A DNA stretch of 64,000 nt from Squalus acanthias (taxonomy: Eukaryota). The position numbers and the translations under genes were made by a program. The stretch spans positions 100,070,001-100,134,000 of the forward strand of contig CM059431.1 of the NCBI GenBank assembly GCA_030390025.1. The letters run 5' to 3'. Below are positions 13,775-25,524 of this stretch, one piece after another. Within the stretch, counting starts at the first letter, position 1, and every line of letters begins with the position of its first letter. The notes below the pieces were generated by a model that saw only the letters and a list, made by a program, of their open reading frames with translations, was not told where the DNA came from and ran no database searches.

Positions 13775-14229
13775 AAAAGAAAGAGTTGCATTTATATAAC
13801 GCCTTTCAGGACCACCAGATGTCCCAGAGCGCTTTACAACCAATGAAGTAACTTTGAAGTGTAGTCACTGTTGTAATGTGGGGAAACGCCGCACAGCAAG
13901 CTCCCACAAACAACAATGTGATAATGACCAGATAATCTGTTTTAGTGATGTTGATTGAGGGATAAATATTGGCCCAGGACACCGGGGAGAACTCTCCTGC
14001 TCTTCTTCAAAATAGTGCCATGGGATCTTTTACGTCCACCTGAGAGAGCAGACGGGGCCTCGGTTTAACGCCTCATCCAAAAGACGGCACCTCCGACAAT
14101 GCAGCACTCCCTCAGCACTGCACCAGAGTGTCAGCTCAGATTTTTGTGCTCCAGTCTCTAGAGTGGGACTTGAACCCACAGCCTTCTGACTCAGAGGCGA
14201 GAGTGCGACCCACTGAGCCACGACTGACA
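13775..14229 (-). mobile_element. DeuSINE, single unit, nested in a CR1 tail
   Basis: Full head-to-tail copy; CR1 tail ccattcaatgagat|agatcatggctgatc flanks it on both sides. Confidence 0.85.
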
Positions 14230-14610
14230 CAGATCATGGCTGATCTGCGATCTAACTCCGTATACCCGCCTTTGGCCCATATCCCTTCATACCTTTGGTT
14301 AACAGAAATCTGTCAAACTCAGATTTAAAATTAACAATTGATCTAGCATCAATTGCCGTTTGCGGAAGAGAGTTCCAAACTTCTACCACCCTTTGTGTGT
14401 AGAAGTGTTTCCTAATTTCACTCCTGAAAAGTCTGGCTCTAATTTTTAGACTATGCTCCCTAGTCCTAGACTCCCCAACCAGTGCAAATAATTTATCGAC
14501 CCTATCTTTTCCTTGTAATATCCTGAAAACTTCGATCAGATCACCCCTTAACCTTCTAAATTCTCGGAAATACAACCCTAATTTCTGTAATCTCTCCTGG
14601 TAATTTAACC
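14230..14610 (-). mobile_element. CR1 3' fragment
   Basis: FRRLRGDLIEVFR...FYTQRVVEVWNSLP. Confidence 0.85.
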
Positions 14611-15029
14611 CTGGGAGTTGTCCGAGTTGGTTTTAAGAGATTATTATATATTTTTTTCCAGCTTAGATAAAACCAGAGGCAATTAACATCTCGCATGGCA
14701 TATCAGCACCTTATTTGATGTACAGTACTTAATTGTGGAGCTTGCAGGCTCCTGTAGCTGAATCAGCACCTCGTGTGAGGAGTCCCATCAGATCCAGTTA
14801 CTTCAGTAATGATGAGTGTTTGCTTTGGGTACTTTATTCAGAAAGCAAATATGTTTATACAGAGCGGAGTAACCTAATGATCACAGTTTAATACATCAAC
14901 TGTATCTTCATTGCAATTAAGAATTAACATGTCACAGAAAACAAATGTTAAATTCCAGGGCGTAATTCTTTTTTTTTTTTAAATGTTCTTTTGGATAATG
15001 ATTTGTTTTTCTTGGTTAGTAATAGATTT

Positions 15030-15530
15030 CTTAAGAACGTAAGAATTAGGAGCAGGAGTTGGCCATTCGGCCCCTCAAGCCTGCTCCGCCATTCAATAAG
15101 ATCATGGCTGATCATCGACCTCATCTCCACTTTCCTGCCCGATCCCCATATCCCTTGATTCCCCGAGAGTCCAAAAATCTATCGATCTCCGCCTTGAATA
15201 TACTCAACGACTGGGCATCCACAGCCCTCTGGGGTGGAGAATTCCAAAGATTCACAACCCTCTGAGTGAAGAAATTTCTCCTCATCTCAGTCTTAAATGG
15301 CCAACCTCTTATTCTGAGACTATGACCCCTAGTTCTAGATTCTCCAGCCAGGGGAAACAACCTCTCAGCATCTAGGAACATAGGAATAGCAGGAGGCCAT
15401 TCAGCCCCTCGAGCCTGTTCTGCCATTCAGTGAGATCATGGCTGATCTGTGACCTAACTCCATCTACCCGCCTTTGGCCCAGATCCCTTAATACCTTTGG
15501 TTAACAGAAATCTATCTACCCTGTCGAGCC
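15030..15530 (-). mobile_element. CR1 (HER1-like) 3' fragments
   Basis: RTRGHSLRIRG...FFTQRVVNLWNS; tail gaatggcggagcaggcttgaggggccgaatggcc. Confidence 0.85.
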
Positions 15531-15871
15531 CTCTAGTTATTAGTAACTGTCTACATTTTAGAAGGACCTGTACACAAGCAGGCACCACATTTTAAATGTG
15601 TCCAGGACAAGAAAATTCACACATTGTTCCTTTCTGATTTGGCTCAAATAACCATCACCTGTTGAACTAACTGTGCTGATGCCGATACATACGAAAAGTT
15701 ATCAGAGAAATCTCGAAACCAACCAATTCATTCGGCCAGATTTTATTTCGAAAGATACCAATCTCGTAGCAGCAGCTACCACGCAACATCCAATTGTATT
15801 GTTCCATTTATTTTCTCAAACCGCTGCCTTGATTTCTGATCCAGCCATATAAATAATGGGACTTAACGAAT

Positions 15872-16060
15872 AACAGAAAATGCTGGAAACACTCAGCAGG
15901 TCAGGCAGCATCCGTGGAGAGAGACCAGTTCAGACGAAGGGTTTCAGACCTGAGATGTTAACTCTGTTTCTCTCCCCTCGATGCTGCCTGACCTGCTGAG
16001 TGTTTCCAGCATGTTCTGTTGTTACTTCAGATTTCCAGCCTCCGCAGTGTTTTGCTATTG
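15872..16060. mobile_element. Fold-back Penelope-like tail (inverted arms around a decayed hammerhead core)
   Basis: Arms 15872-15912 and 15980-16020 are reverse complements at 40 of 41 nt. Confidence 0.8.
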
Positions 16061-16164
16061 ACTTAATGAATACTTTAGTAACTTAAATAATTCTGAAAAT
16101 AAACACTAGATTTATGAACTCTAATTGTATGTTAAAAATGTTGCCCAGACGATTCCACAAAGCA

Positions 16165-16500
16165 GCAACAGCTTGTATTTATACAGCGCCTTTAATGTAG
16201 TAAAACGTCCCGCGCCGTTTCATAGGAGCGATTATCAGACAAACTTTGACAATGTGCCACAGAAGGAGATATTGGGACAGGTAAGAGGTCGGTTTTAAGG
16301 AGCGTCTTAAAGGAGGAGAGAGAGGCGGAGAGGTTTAAGGAAGGAATTTCAGAGCTCAGGGCCCAGGCAACAGAAGGCACGGCCCCCAATGGTGGAACGA
16401 TTAAAATCGGGGATGTTCAAGAGGCCAGAATTGGAAGAGCACAGAGGAGGGTTGTAGGGCTGAAGGAGGCCACAGAGATAGGGAAGGGGGGCGAGGCCAT
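16165..16500 (-). mobile_element. L2 LINE 3' end
   Basis: Reverse complement of the 4058-4371 type. Confidence 0.8.
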
Positions 16501-16514
16501 TTGGAAAAAAATAA

Positions 16515-18221
16515 AAAAGACTTGCATTTCTCCAGCGCCTTTCATAACCTCAGGACGTCCCAAAGCACTTTACAGCCAATGAAGTACTTTTGGAGTGTAG
16601 TCACTGTTGTAATGTAGGAAACGCGGCAGCCAATTTTGTGCACAGCAAGCTCCCACAAACAGCAATGATAATGGGCAAAAAATTCATCCCGCGACGCGAG
16701 AGTACGCACTGCGTACTCTCGCGTATTCTCTCTCCAATTGCCGGTTTTCTGCATGCCCTGCGCATGCGCTGAAAACCGGCACTTGGTCTTTTGAAAAGGG
16801 GGCGGTTCCTCGGTGCATCGCGTGCGCGCTACAGGCTGCGCGCACGCTGGGCACTTCATGCTTTGGACGCGCAGGTAAGTACGGAAGATTTTAGAAATGG
16901 AAAAAGGAGGAGTAAGACCCACTTTTAACAAGGTAAGTAGTGAATTAAGTATTTTTTTGAATTTTTTTTAACAGGTATATCTTTTTTAAAGACTTTAAAG
17001 ACAGGTAAGTTTATTTTTATAACTTTTTAAAAGATTTTAAATTTTTTCAAAAATTTAATTTTTTATTTAAAATGGTTAATTTATTTAACTATACTTATTT
17101 TATTAATGTGATGGTTTTTTTTTTAATTTAATTGAGGTTTAGCTGTTATTTTGGGGGGGTGTAAGATTCATAGATTTCACAGCACGAATGTTAAACTTAT
17201 GAATGGAAGATGGTGTGCTGCCATTGGCTCTAACTGAGTCACGTGATCCCACAGCTCGCACGAATTCACTACGCCGGTGGGATACGCAAGCACTGCCCAG
17301 CTGATGTCTGGAACATCAAGTTCGTGCGAGCTGGATCTGAAAAAGCACAGGCGGAGTGAGAGATCGCGGGGAAGCCTTACCCCCGCGGGAACAGAGCGAG
17401 ATCAATTTCTGGGCCATTGACTAGAAAATCTGTTTTTTTGGTGATGTTGGTTGAGGGATAAATATTGGCCAGGACACCAGGGAGAACTCCCCTGCTCTTC
17501 TTTGAAATAGTATCTCTGGGGTCTTTTATGTCCACCTGAGAGAGTAGACGGACTTCGTTTTAACGTCTCATCTGAAAGACAGCACCTCCGACAGTGCAGC
17601 ACTCCCTCAGTACTGCCCCTCCGATAGTGCGGCGCTCCCTCAGTACTGCCCCGCCGACAGTGCGGCGCTCCCTCAGTACTGCCCCGCCGACAGTGCGGCG
17701 CTCCCTCAGTACTGCCCCTCCGACAGTGCGGCGCTCCCTCAGTACTGCCCCTCCGACAGTGCACCGCTCCCTCAGTACTGACCCTCCGACAGTGCGGCGC
17801 TCCCTCAGTACTGACCCTCCGACAGTGCGGCGCTCCCTCAGTACTGCCCCTCCGACAGTGCGGCGCTCCCTCAGTACTGCCCCTCCGACAGTGCGGCGCT
17901 CCCTCAGTACTGACCCTCCGACAGTGCACCGCTCCCTCAGTACTGCCCCTCCGACAGTGCGGCGCTCCCTCAGTACTGACCCTCCGACAGTGCGGCGCTC
18001 CCTCAGTACTGCCCCTCCGACAGTGCGGCGCTCCCTCAGTACTGCCCCTCCGACAGTGCGGCGCTCCCTCAGTACTGCCCCTCCGACAGTGCAGCGCTCC
18101 CTCATTACTGCACTGGGAGTGTCAGCCTGGATTTTTGTGCTCACGTCTCTGGAGTGGGACTTGAACCCACGACCTTCTGACTCTGAGGCAAGCGTGCGAC
18201 CCGCTGAGACACGGCTGACGA
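16515..18221 (-). mobile_element. DeuSINE with 33-bp VNTR (16 units, ~17586-18111), interrupted by a MITE
   Basis: SINE sequence gataat|gaccag is split by 16673-17415. Confidence 0.88.
16673..17415. mobile_element. Non-autonomous DNA transposon (MITE family M1), ~743 bp
   Basis: Termini gggcaaaaaatt...aatttctgggcc; flanks aat/att; GC-rich ends, AT-rich core; homologous (inverted) to 38054-38812. Confidence 0.78.
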
Positions 18222-19009
18222 CATAGATGAGAGTTTTAAAATCGAGGCGTAGCCGGACCGGGAGCCAGTGTGGGTCAGCGAGCTCCGGTCCAGCCCCTCT
18301 TGGGTACCTGGGGGTTGAGGTCAGCTGCACCTCGTGGCTCTCTGTGTACCTGGGCCTTGCCTGAGTGAAGAGAGCCCACCGAGTAGGGGACACCCAGAAC
18401 GCACACAATTCCCAGAACACTCTCCGGCCGATCCCTTTCTACTGGGTCTGATGCAGTCATTGATGGGGAAAACCGGCCTTTATAAAACTGGAAATCTCAA
18501 TATGCCATTGTGAATCAGAAAAAAATATCTGATGCTTTGCAGACACATGATAGAAGAGGTTCCTCTCGATAGCTAGGGACTGATTTTAGAGATTGAATTT
18601 CTTCCAGTAACTGTTTTCGAGCGGATAATCTTCAGCTACTGTTTTTACGAGGAGTGAATATTCTTCTGATGGTGCTTTCCCTTCATTTTATTGCAAAGTT
18701 TTGCAAGTTTATTGGTGAATTTGTTCGTCAATTTGGCCTTCGGTGTTGTCAATCCTTACACAATCTCCCTCCAGTCTAAATGTCTGTCTGGCACTGAAAT
18801 TCTTGGAGCCCTGCAAGCCAAGACTAATGTTTTCTCTCTCAATTTCATGGTCTGACCTGCCGGTATGAAATGAGTCGTAAACTTGCAACATTCCTGACGC
18901 TGTTTTTCCACTTTCCGGACTCTGAGAGATGTAATCCAGCTGTGCTTGCTTAACCATTTGGAGAATTTGTGTATCCCCAAGTTTGGCTCCGTTCTTTGCA
19001 GAAGTTATT

Positions 19010-19796
19010 GGCCCAGAATTTGCTGTTGCGATGGCGGCGTACGCTGGCCTTGTAAAAGGCCCCGCAGGTTCCGTGTTTCCACCTGTGCCTCTCAGCATAT
19101 AGGAACAGCAGGAGGCCATTCAGCCCCTCGAACCTGTTCCACCATTCAATGAGACCGGAAACTTGCGATCCGTCACGGTTCGCCTCGACAGATCATCCGA
19201 GCTGACGAGAAAGTCACTTTCGCCGGCGCAAAGTTGGGCTCTTTGCCCAACTACTGCCCAGTAAATGCCCACAAAACTCTGAACAGCTGCTAAAAGCAGG
19301 CACAGGGCCTGCTTCCACCAGCGTAAGGGTGAATATAAATCTTAAATTAAAATTTTAAAAATAAAAAAATGATGCACCAACACATAAAATGAGTTTATGC
19401 AAATATTGGCCCGGATTAAAATGTTTAAAATTATTTTTCAAATAATTAAATTTTTATTGGTATTTGCTGTAATGAAGGGACTTGTGAATAAAATTGAAAA
19501 TCAGAACATTTATATTTATTAGAGTTGTTTAATTATTTGGGAATTCCAGCAGGGTTTATGGGGATTCCGCGCGTAAATGGAATCCTCCTTTCTCGATGGA
19601 GGACCTGGCCCGTGTGATCCCAGGGACGCTTCCGAGCCGCCTGCGTCCCTGGGATCCTCGGGCCTTTACGCAGGCCCACGCCCGCAGGCCCGGGACCCGA
19701 ACTCTCCGCGGCTGTGGAGCCGAGAGGTAAGTTCGGAAATATTCCGCGGGTTGGAGGCGACTCCGGGGGTACACCTCCGACCGCATATTTAGGGCC
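19010..19796. mobile_element. MITE, M1-related, with ATT target-site duplication
   Basis: att|ggcccagaattt...atatttagggcc|att; carries a short CR1 tail insert at ~19096-19154. Confidence 0.78.
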
Positions 19797-19936
19797 ATTA
19801 TTTGTGGGCCAGCGGTTGAATTCCATGATGTAACCGTGAAATGCTTCTCCATTTCCGTTTTGTGCTATGGTGAAATGCGTAGCGAAGTACTTCTTTGTTC
19901 AGCCTTGCAATTATATCATATCTCCCAATGATCAGG

Positions 19937-20708
19937 AAGAAAAGAAAGAAAGACTTGCATTTCTATAGCGCTTTTCGCGACCACCGGACGTCTCAAAGCG
20001 CTTTACAGCCAATGAAGTACTTTTTGAAGTGTAGTCACTGTTGTAATGTGGGAAACATGGCAGCCAATTTGCGCACAGCAAGCTCCCACAAACAGCAATG
20101 TGATAATGACCAGATCATCTGTTTGTGATGTTGGTTGAGGGATAAATATTGGCCCCAGGACACCGGGGAGAACTCCCCTGCTCTTCTTCAGAATAGTGCC
20201 ATGGGATCTTTTACGTCCACCTGAGAGGGCAGACGGGGCCTCGGTTTAACGTCTCATCCGAAAGACGGCACCTCCGACAGTGCGGCGCTCCCTCAGTACT
20301 GCCCCTCCGACAGTGCGGCACTCCCTCAGTACTGCCCCTCCGACAGTGCAGCACTCCCTCAGTACTGCCCCTCCGACAGTGCAGCACTCCCTCAGTGCTG
20401 CCCCTCCGACAGTGCAGCGCTCCCTCAGTACTGCCCCTCCGACAGTGCGGCGCTCCCTCAGTACTGCCCCTCCGACAGTGCAGCGCTCCCTCAGTACTGC
20501 CCCTCCGACAGTGCGGCGCTCCCTCAGTACTGACCCTCCGACAGTGTGGCGCTCCCTCAGTACTGCCCCTCCGACAGTGCAGCACTCTCTCAGTACTGCA
20601 CTGGGAGTGTCAGCCTAGCTTTGTGCTCAAGTCTCTGGAGTGGGACTTGAACCCACAGCCTTCTGACTCCGAGGTGAGAGAGAGATGCCCACTGAGGCAC
20701 AGCTGACA
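19937..20708 (-). mobile_element. DeuSINE with 33-bp VNTR (10 units, ~20272-20599)
   Basis: Complete head, VNTR, Deu domain and tail. Confidence 0.9.
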
Positions 20709-21034
20709 CTGACGTTACGGGGTTGGATTGATTCCGTTGTCCTGCATAATTCTTCATAAAACTTGAGTGTTTCTACATCTGCGCTCCCGTCAGATGAGCT
20801 GTAGCAGGTTATTGTGGTGACCAGGGGTTGCCAGAGAATTCAGCAGCTGATATTCTACATTACATTTACAGATGTTGCGGAGGGTCTGTAAAGGAATAAT
20901 TCTTCTCCCGCCGTGGCCCCTACATTATTTTTTTCGTTGGTGAAGCTGTAACTAAAATCCGTTCAATATGAAGATCCCGGATTTCACTCCCTCATTCTCG
21001 CGATCGAGGCGATGTTCCTGTCGACCGATCACCT

Positions 21035-21340
21035 GAGGCGTTAACCGAGGCCCCATCTGCTCCCTCGGGTGGATGTAAAGGGTCCCGCGGCACAATTTCG
21101 CTGAAGAACTGGGGAGTTCTGTCCTGGGGCCAATATTTATCCCTCCATCAACATCACTAAAAAAAACATTATCTGGTCATTATCACATTGCTGTTTGTGG
21201 GAGCTTGCTGTGCGCAAATTGCCTGCCGCGCTTCCGACATTACAACAGTGACTACGCATCAAAAGTACTTCATTGGCTGTAAAGCACTTTGGGACATCCT
21301 GAGGTCATGAAAGGCGCTGGAGAAATGCAAGTCTTTCTTA
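21035..21340 (+). mobile_element. 5'-truncated DeuSINE
   Basis: Deu domain and tail aaaggcgctggagaaatgcaagtctttc. Confidence 0.8.
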
Positions 21341-21469
21341 TTCCTTTCTGTGTAATTTCTACTAATTCCGCAGGGCTGCACCGGGAGTGTCAGACTAGAT
21401 TTTTGTGCTTCAGCCTCTGGAGTGGGACTTGAACCCACAGACTTCTGACTCAGTGGCGAGAGTTTTTTT

Positions 21470-21855
21470 TAAATTTATTCATTCGCTGGCAAGGCTGGCA
21501 TTTATTGCCCATTCTAAATTGCCCCTTGAGAAGCTGGTGCTGACAACGGAGTGTCTCGCTAGGCCATTTTAGAGGCCAGTTAAGAGTCGACCACAGTGCT
21601 GTGGGTTTGGAGTCACATATAGGTCAGACCAGGTAAGGACGGCAGGTTTCCTTCCCTAAAGGGCATTAGTGAACCAGATGGGTTTTTACGACAAGCTTTG
21701 TGGTCACCATTATTGGTACTAGATTTTTATTCCAGATTTATTTAATTAACTCAATTCAAATACTGCCGTGGTGGGATTTGAACTCGCGTTTCCGAATTAT
21801 TAGTCTAAGCTTCTGGATTGCTAGTCCAGTAACATAACCACTATGCTACCGTACC
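21470..21855 (-). mobile_element. tRNA-derived SINE family B
   Basis: Reverse-complement homologue of 7-420. Confidence 0.8.
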
Positions 21856-22159
21856 CTCATAAAGCTACGGCTGACCTGCTATTGCTAACCTTGCAATAGC
21901 TCTGATTGAGAGCCAGGAAAGCAGGAGCTGCTGCCACCAGCTCGCCAGCCCTGCCCCTCTTAACCATTGGCCACATTTGTGGCAGGCAGAGGCTTCATCC
22001 CTCCTAATCCTCCTCGTCCCCTCTGCAGTCATTGACACAGCCGACCACATCACCTTCCTCCCACGCCTCTCCTCCGTTCTCCAGCTCACTTAGTTCCACT
22101 TTTACCTATCCGTTGCTAACCAGTGCATCTCCCACAATAGCTTCTCTTTAACCCAACTC

Positions 22160-22309
22160 CAGTGTTCCCCGTAATTTTTTGGGGGGACCCGCAGCCCCTT
22201 TGACGGGCTGCATGTCCGTTCAAATGTCCGCACATGCGCGGTATTTTCAATTTAAGTGGCGGCTGCGCGGGCCCCCCCGGGAGCGCTGCGAGGCTTGAAG
22301 GGAACATTG
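22160..22309. mobile_element. ~150-bp MITE with hAT-like TIR (cagtgttccc/gggaacattg)
   Basis: 10-bp TIR with one mismatch; sister copy at 34121-34280; no clear TSD. Confidence 0.6.
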
Positions 22310-22629
22310 ATTGGAGTCCCTCAAGGCTCCATCCTCTTCCCAATCTACAGGCTGCCTCTTGCTAACGTCATCCATTGACGTGAGGCCAGGTTCCACATGT
22401 CCACCAATGCAACCAGCTCCACCTCTCTTGACCTCTCCACTGTCTGTGATGTCAGACTGCTTGCCTTCCAGCCAGGAATGAATGAGTCAGAATTTCCTCC
22501 AGGTAAACATCGGCAAAATCGAAGTCACTGGGGGGTAATTTTGACTCTTGTGCGATAGTGTAAAACAGGCCATAGCGAATCGGCAACCCATTTTATATCT
22601 CTCCCCATTTGTATTTCCACTGCCGTTTC

Positions 22630-23308
22630 TGACCACATCCGCAGCATAACTAAGACCGCCTATTTCCACCTCCATAACATCGCCCGTCTCCGCCCTTGCC
22701 TCAGCTCATCCGCTGCTGAAACCCTCATCCATGCCTTTGTTACCTCTAGACTTGACTATTCCAACGCACTCCTGGCCGGCCTCCCACATTCTACCCTACG
22801 TAAATTTGAGGTCGTCCAAAACTCGGCTGCCCGTGTCCTAACTCGCACCAAGTCCCGTTCACCCATCACCCCTGTGCTCGCTGACCTACATTGGCTCCCG
22901 GTTAAGCAACGCCTCGATTTTAAAATTCCCATCCGTGTTTTCAAATCCCTCCATGGCCTCGTTCCTCCCTATCTCTGTAATCTCCTTCAGCCCCACAACC
23001 CCCCGAGATGTCTGTGCTCCTCTAATTCAGGCCTCTTGAGCATCTCTGATTATAATCGCTCAACCATCGGTGACCGTGCCTTCTGTTGCCGAAAAGCTCT
23101 GGAATTCCCTCCCTAAACCTCTCCGCCTCTCTCTCCTCCTTTTAAGACGCTCCTTAAATCCTACCTCTTTGACCAAGCTTTTGGTCACCTGCCCTAATAT
23201 CTCCTTATGTGGCTCGGTGTCAAATTTTTGTCTTGTAATACTCCTGTGAAGCGCCTTGGGACTTTTTAAACTACGTTAAAGGCGCTATATAAATACAAGT
23301 TGTTGTTT
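22630..23308 (+). mobile_element. L2 LINE 3' portion (older, decayed L2 sequence continues upstream to ~21900)
   Basis: AFVTSRLDYSN, LHWLPVKQRLDFK, (ttg)n tail. Confidence 0.88.
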
Positions 23309-25524
23309 ACTTTGGCATACTTTGCGAGAGACTAACTCTGTGCTTATTCAAGAGGGATACAAAGATTATAGTGCATCCAAAGTTTTGTATTTAAGGTAGT
23401 AATTCCACATTTAGTATATCTTTTTATGAGCGTGTGTACAACTGTTACTTTACCCTAAGGCAAAATACTGTGGATGCTGGAAATCTGATACTTTATCCTA
23501 CTTAACCATCTCACGCACGGTGACAACTTTCCTTTGCCTTGGAATGCTCCATTATGGAACGAGGTTACCATAGTTACCTCGTGTTATTATTTTGTTTTGC
23601 ATTAGGTCACCAAGGAGCTGTAAAATACATCTTTTGAAAGTTAGATCCCAGTTATTGGCATCTACTCGACCTCCTTGTGTAAAATAATAATGCTCTGTCT
23701 GGAGCCCAGATCCAGAGTATTGTTAGCTTTCTGATCCCACTTGCCTTTTTTTTTTCTGGTGGAGAATGAGTGAAGAATGATTTCTTCTGCAGGTTGTCCT
23801 ACCTGTGCTTCCCGTTGCTGAGCATCAAAGCTGTTGTCAGCAGTGGGTTAACGATGCTTGCTGTTCGTCCCATGAGGGTTCCTCTGTCAGACATGTGGCA
23901 GTGCACAGCTGGTAGATCCAGTTTGCAAGACAGTATCTCTGCTTCTGTAACATTTTCACGTCTCAACGCCAGGTTTTATTATTCAAGTGCCTTTCAGAAA
24001 TGTGTTTGTCGTTCTCGGGAATTTTTTTTTTAACGAGAAATAAGCAGATGTTGAAAGTTCAGTGTACTGTTCAAAGGTAATTTGGAAAGAACTGTGTAAA
24101 ACACAAGTTGCGTCTTATTTCAAAAGAAGGGCTAGTTCGTAAAATTGTTTTGACAAGTTTTCCTTTTTCATTTACAATTTTTATTTTATTTCAAAGTTTT
24201 TAATTTTGGAGCCTCAAGCAAACAAAAAGAATGTTTCAACAGACATTTTTAAAAAAAACTATACATTGACCTGTTTCTCAAGACCGGTAACATCAAAGGT
24301 TAATAATATTAATAGCAGTTAATTCCATTTATTACTGATACCGTGACATGGGAATACATATTGCCAGAAAGGGCAATAAACAGTCCACATCTGAATTCAG
24401 TTGATGTAAGTATTATCTGACAGAATTTCACTCTTCACATCTCTCCAGGACCCAGCTCCGCAAGCCAACCAGAATGATCAATAAAGGTTCGCCATTTATC
24501 AAGAGCTGAAAGTAGCTCGAGGAACTCGCTCTAAGTTGGCCACACAATGGCTGGGGAAGAAGAGAGGGTGAAGTTCAACTTTGGCGCAGACGTAAATAAG
24601 ACGGAGAATTGGGTGGGGTGTGTCGCGTGAGTCCAATCCATTACGGTTCAGCCAAAATTGAATTTCACCGACCCGACCCGTCCCAAAGTCTTTAACTGGC
24701 GGAAATTGATCTCATTGCTCTTTGTGGGAGCTTGCTGTGCGTAAATTGGCTGCCGCGTTTCCTACATTACAACAGTGACTACACTCCAAAAAGTACTTCA
24801 TTGGCTGTAAAGCGCTTTGAGACTTCTGGTGGTCGTGTAAGGCGCTATAGAAATGCAAGTCTTGTTTATCTTTCCAGTATTGACCTCTTTGCTAAATATA
24901 GGAGGGCGATTAGCCACCTTGACCAAATGGGTTGTGAGATGGACTGTCCTCTCTAATAGTCTGGGGGGTTTTTGTCTGTCAAAGATATGGAAGTGACGAG
25001 TGGACAATCCATGCGGTTTCTGATCTGTAATCCAGCAGCACGTGCATACCGTGTAGCCCCGGAGGCACGCTGCTCCCATTCAGTCCTTGGAAATTGAAAA
25101 TTAAATAATTTAAAGGAACGTGGGTTTGCTTGTGTAAACTGCAATCTCCCCTGAAATGAATAACCTGAATCCCTGAGAAGGTTCCAATCCAATCGCAACA
25201 TCTATAAGTTGAACGAGGAGGAGAGCAAAAATCAGAGTGGGAACGAGGGAAAGACTTTCAGTTTTGAAAGGTTTGGCCATGAACAAGACAACATTGCATG
25301 TCCGCGATGTGATCGGGTAGCATCAATTAATGTCGGCGCTCGGAACAATAAGACTGAAATTAGTAAAGATTCCAGAGGCAGTCTGGGCAAAGATATCAGA
25401 AGTGTTGAGGAGGAGGCGGATGGTGTAAGCACAGAAATGACCATTAAGTCAGATGTACTACAGACAGCCGTCATTGCTTTTATGCTGTCAGGCTTAGTTT
25501 AGGAACGAGATGCATTCAGGAGTT

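Noticed and set aside
18400..18420. ZNF143/SBS-like motif acacaattcccagaa, and NRF1-like gcgcatgcgc at ~16760 and ~38716
   Set aside because: Isolated short motifs, the latter inside a MITE; not enough to call a promoter
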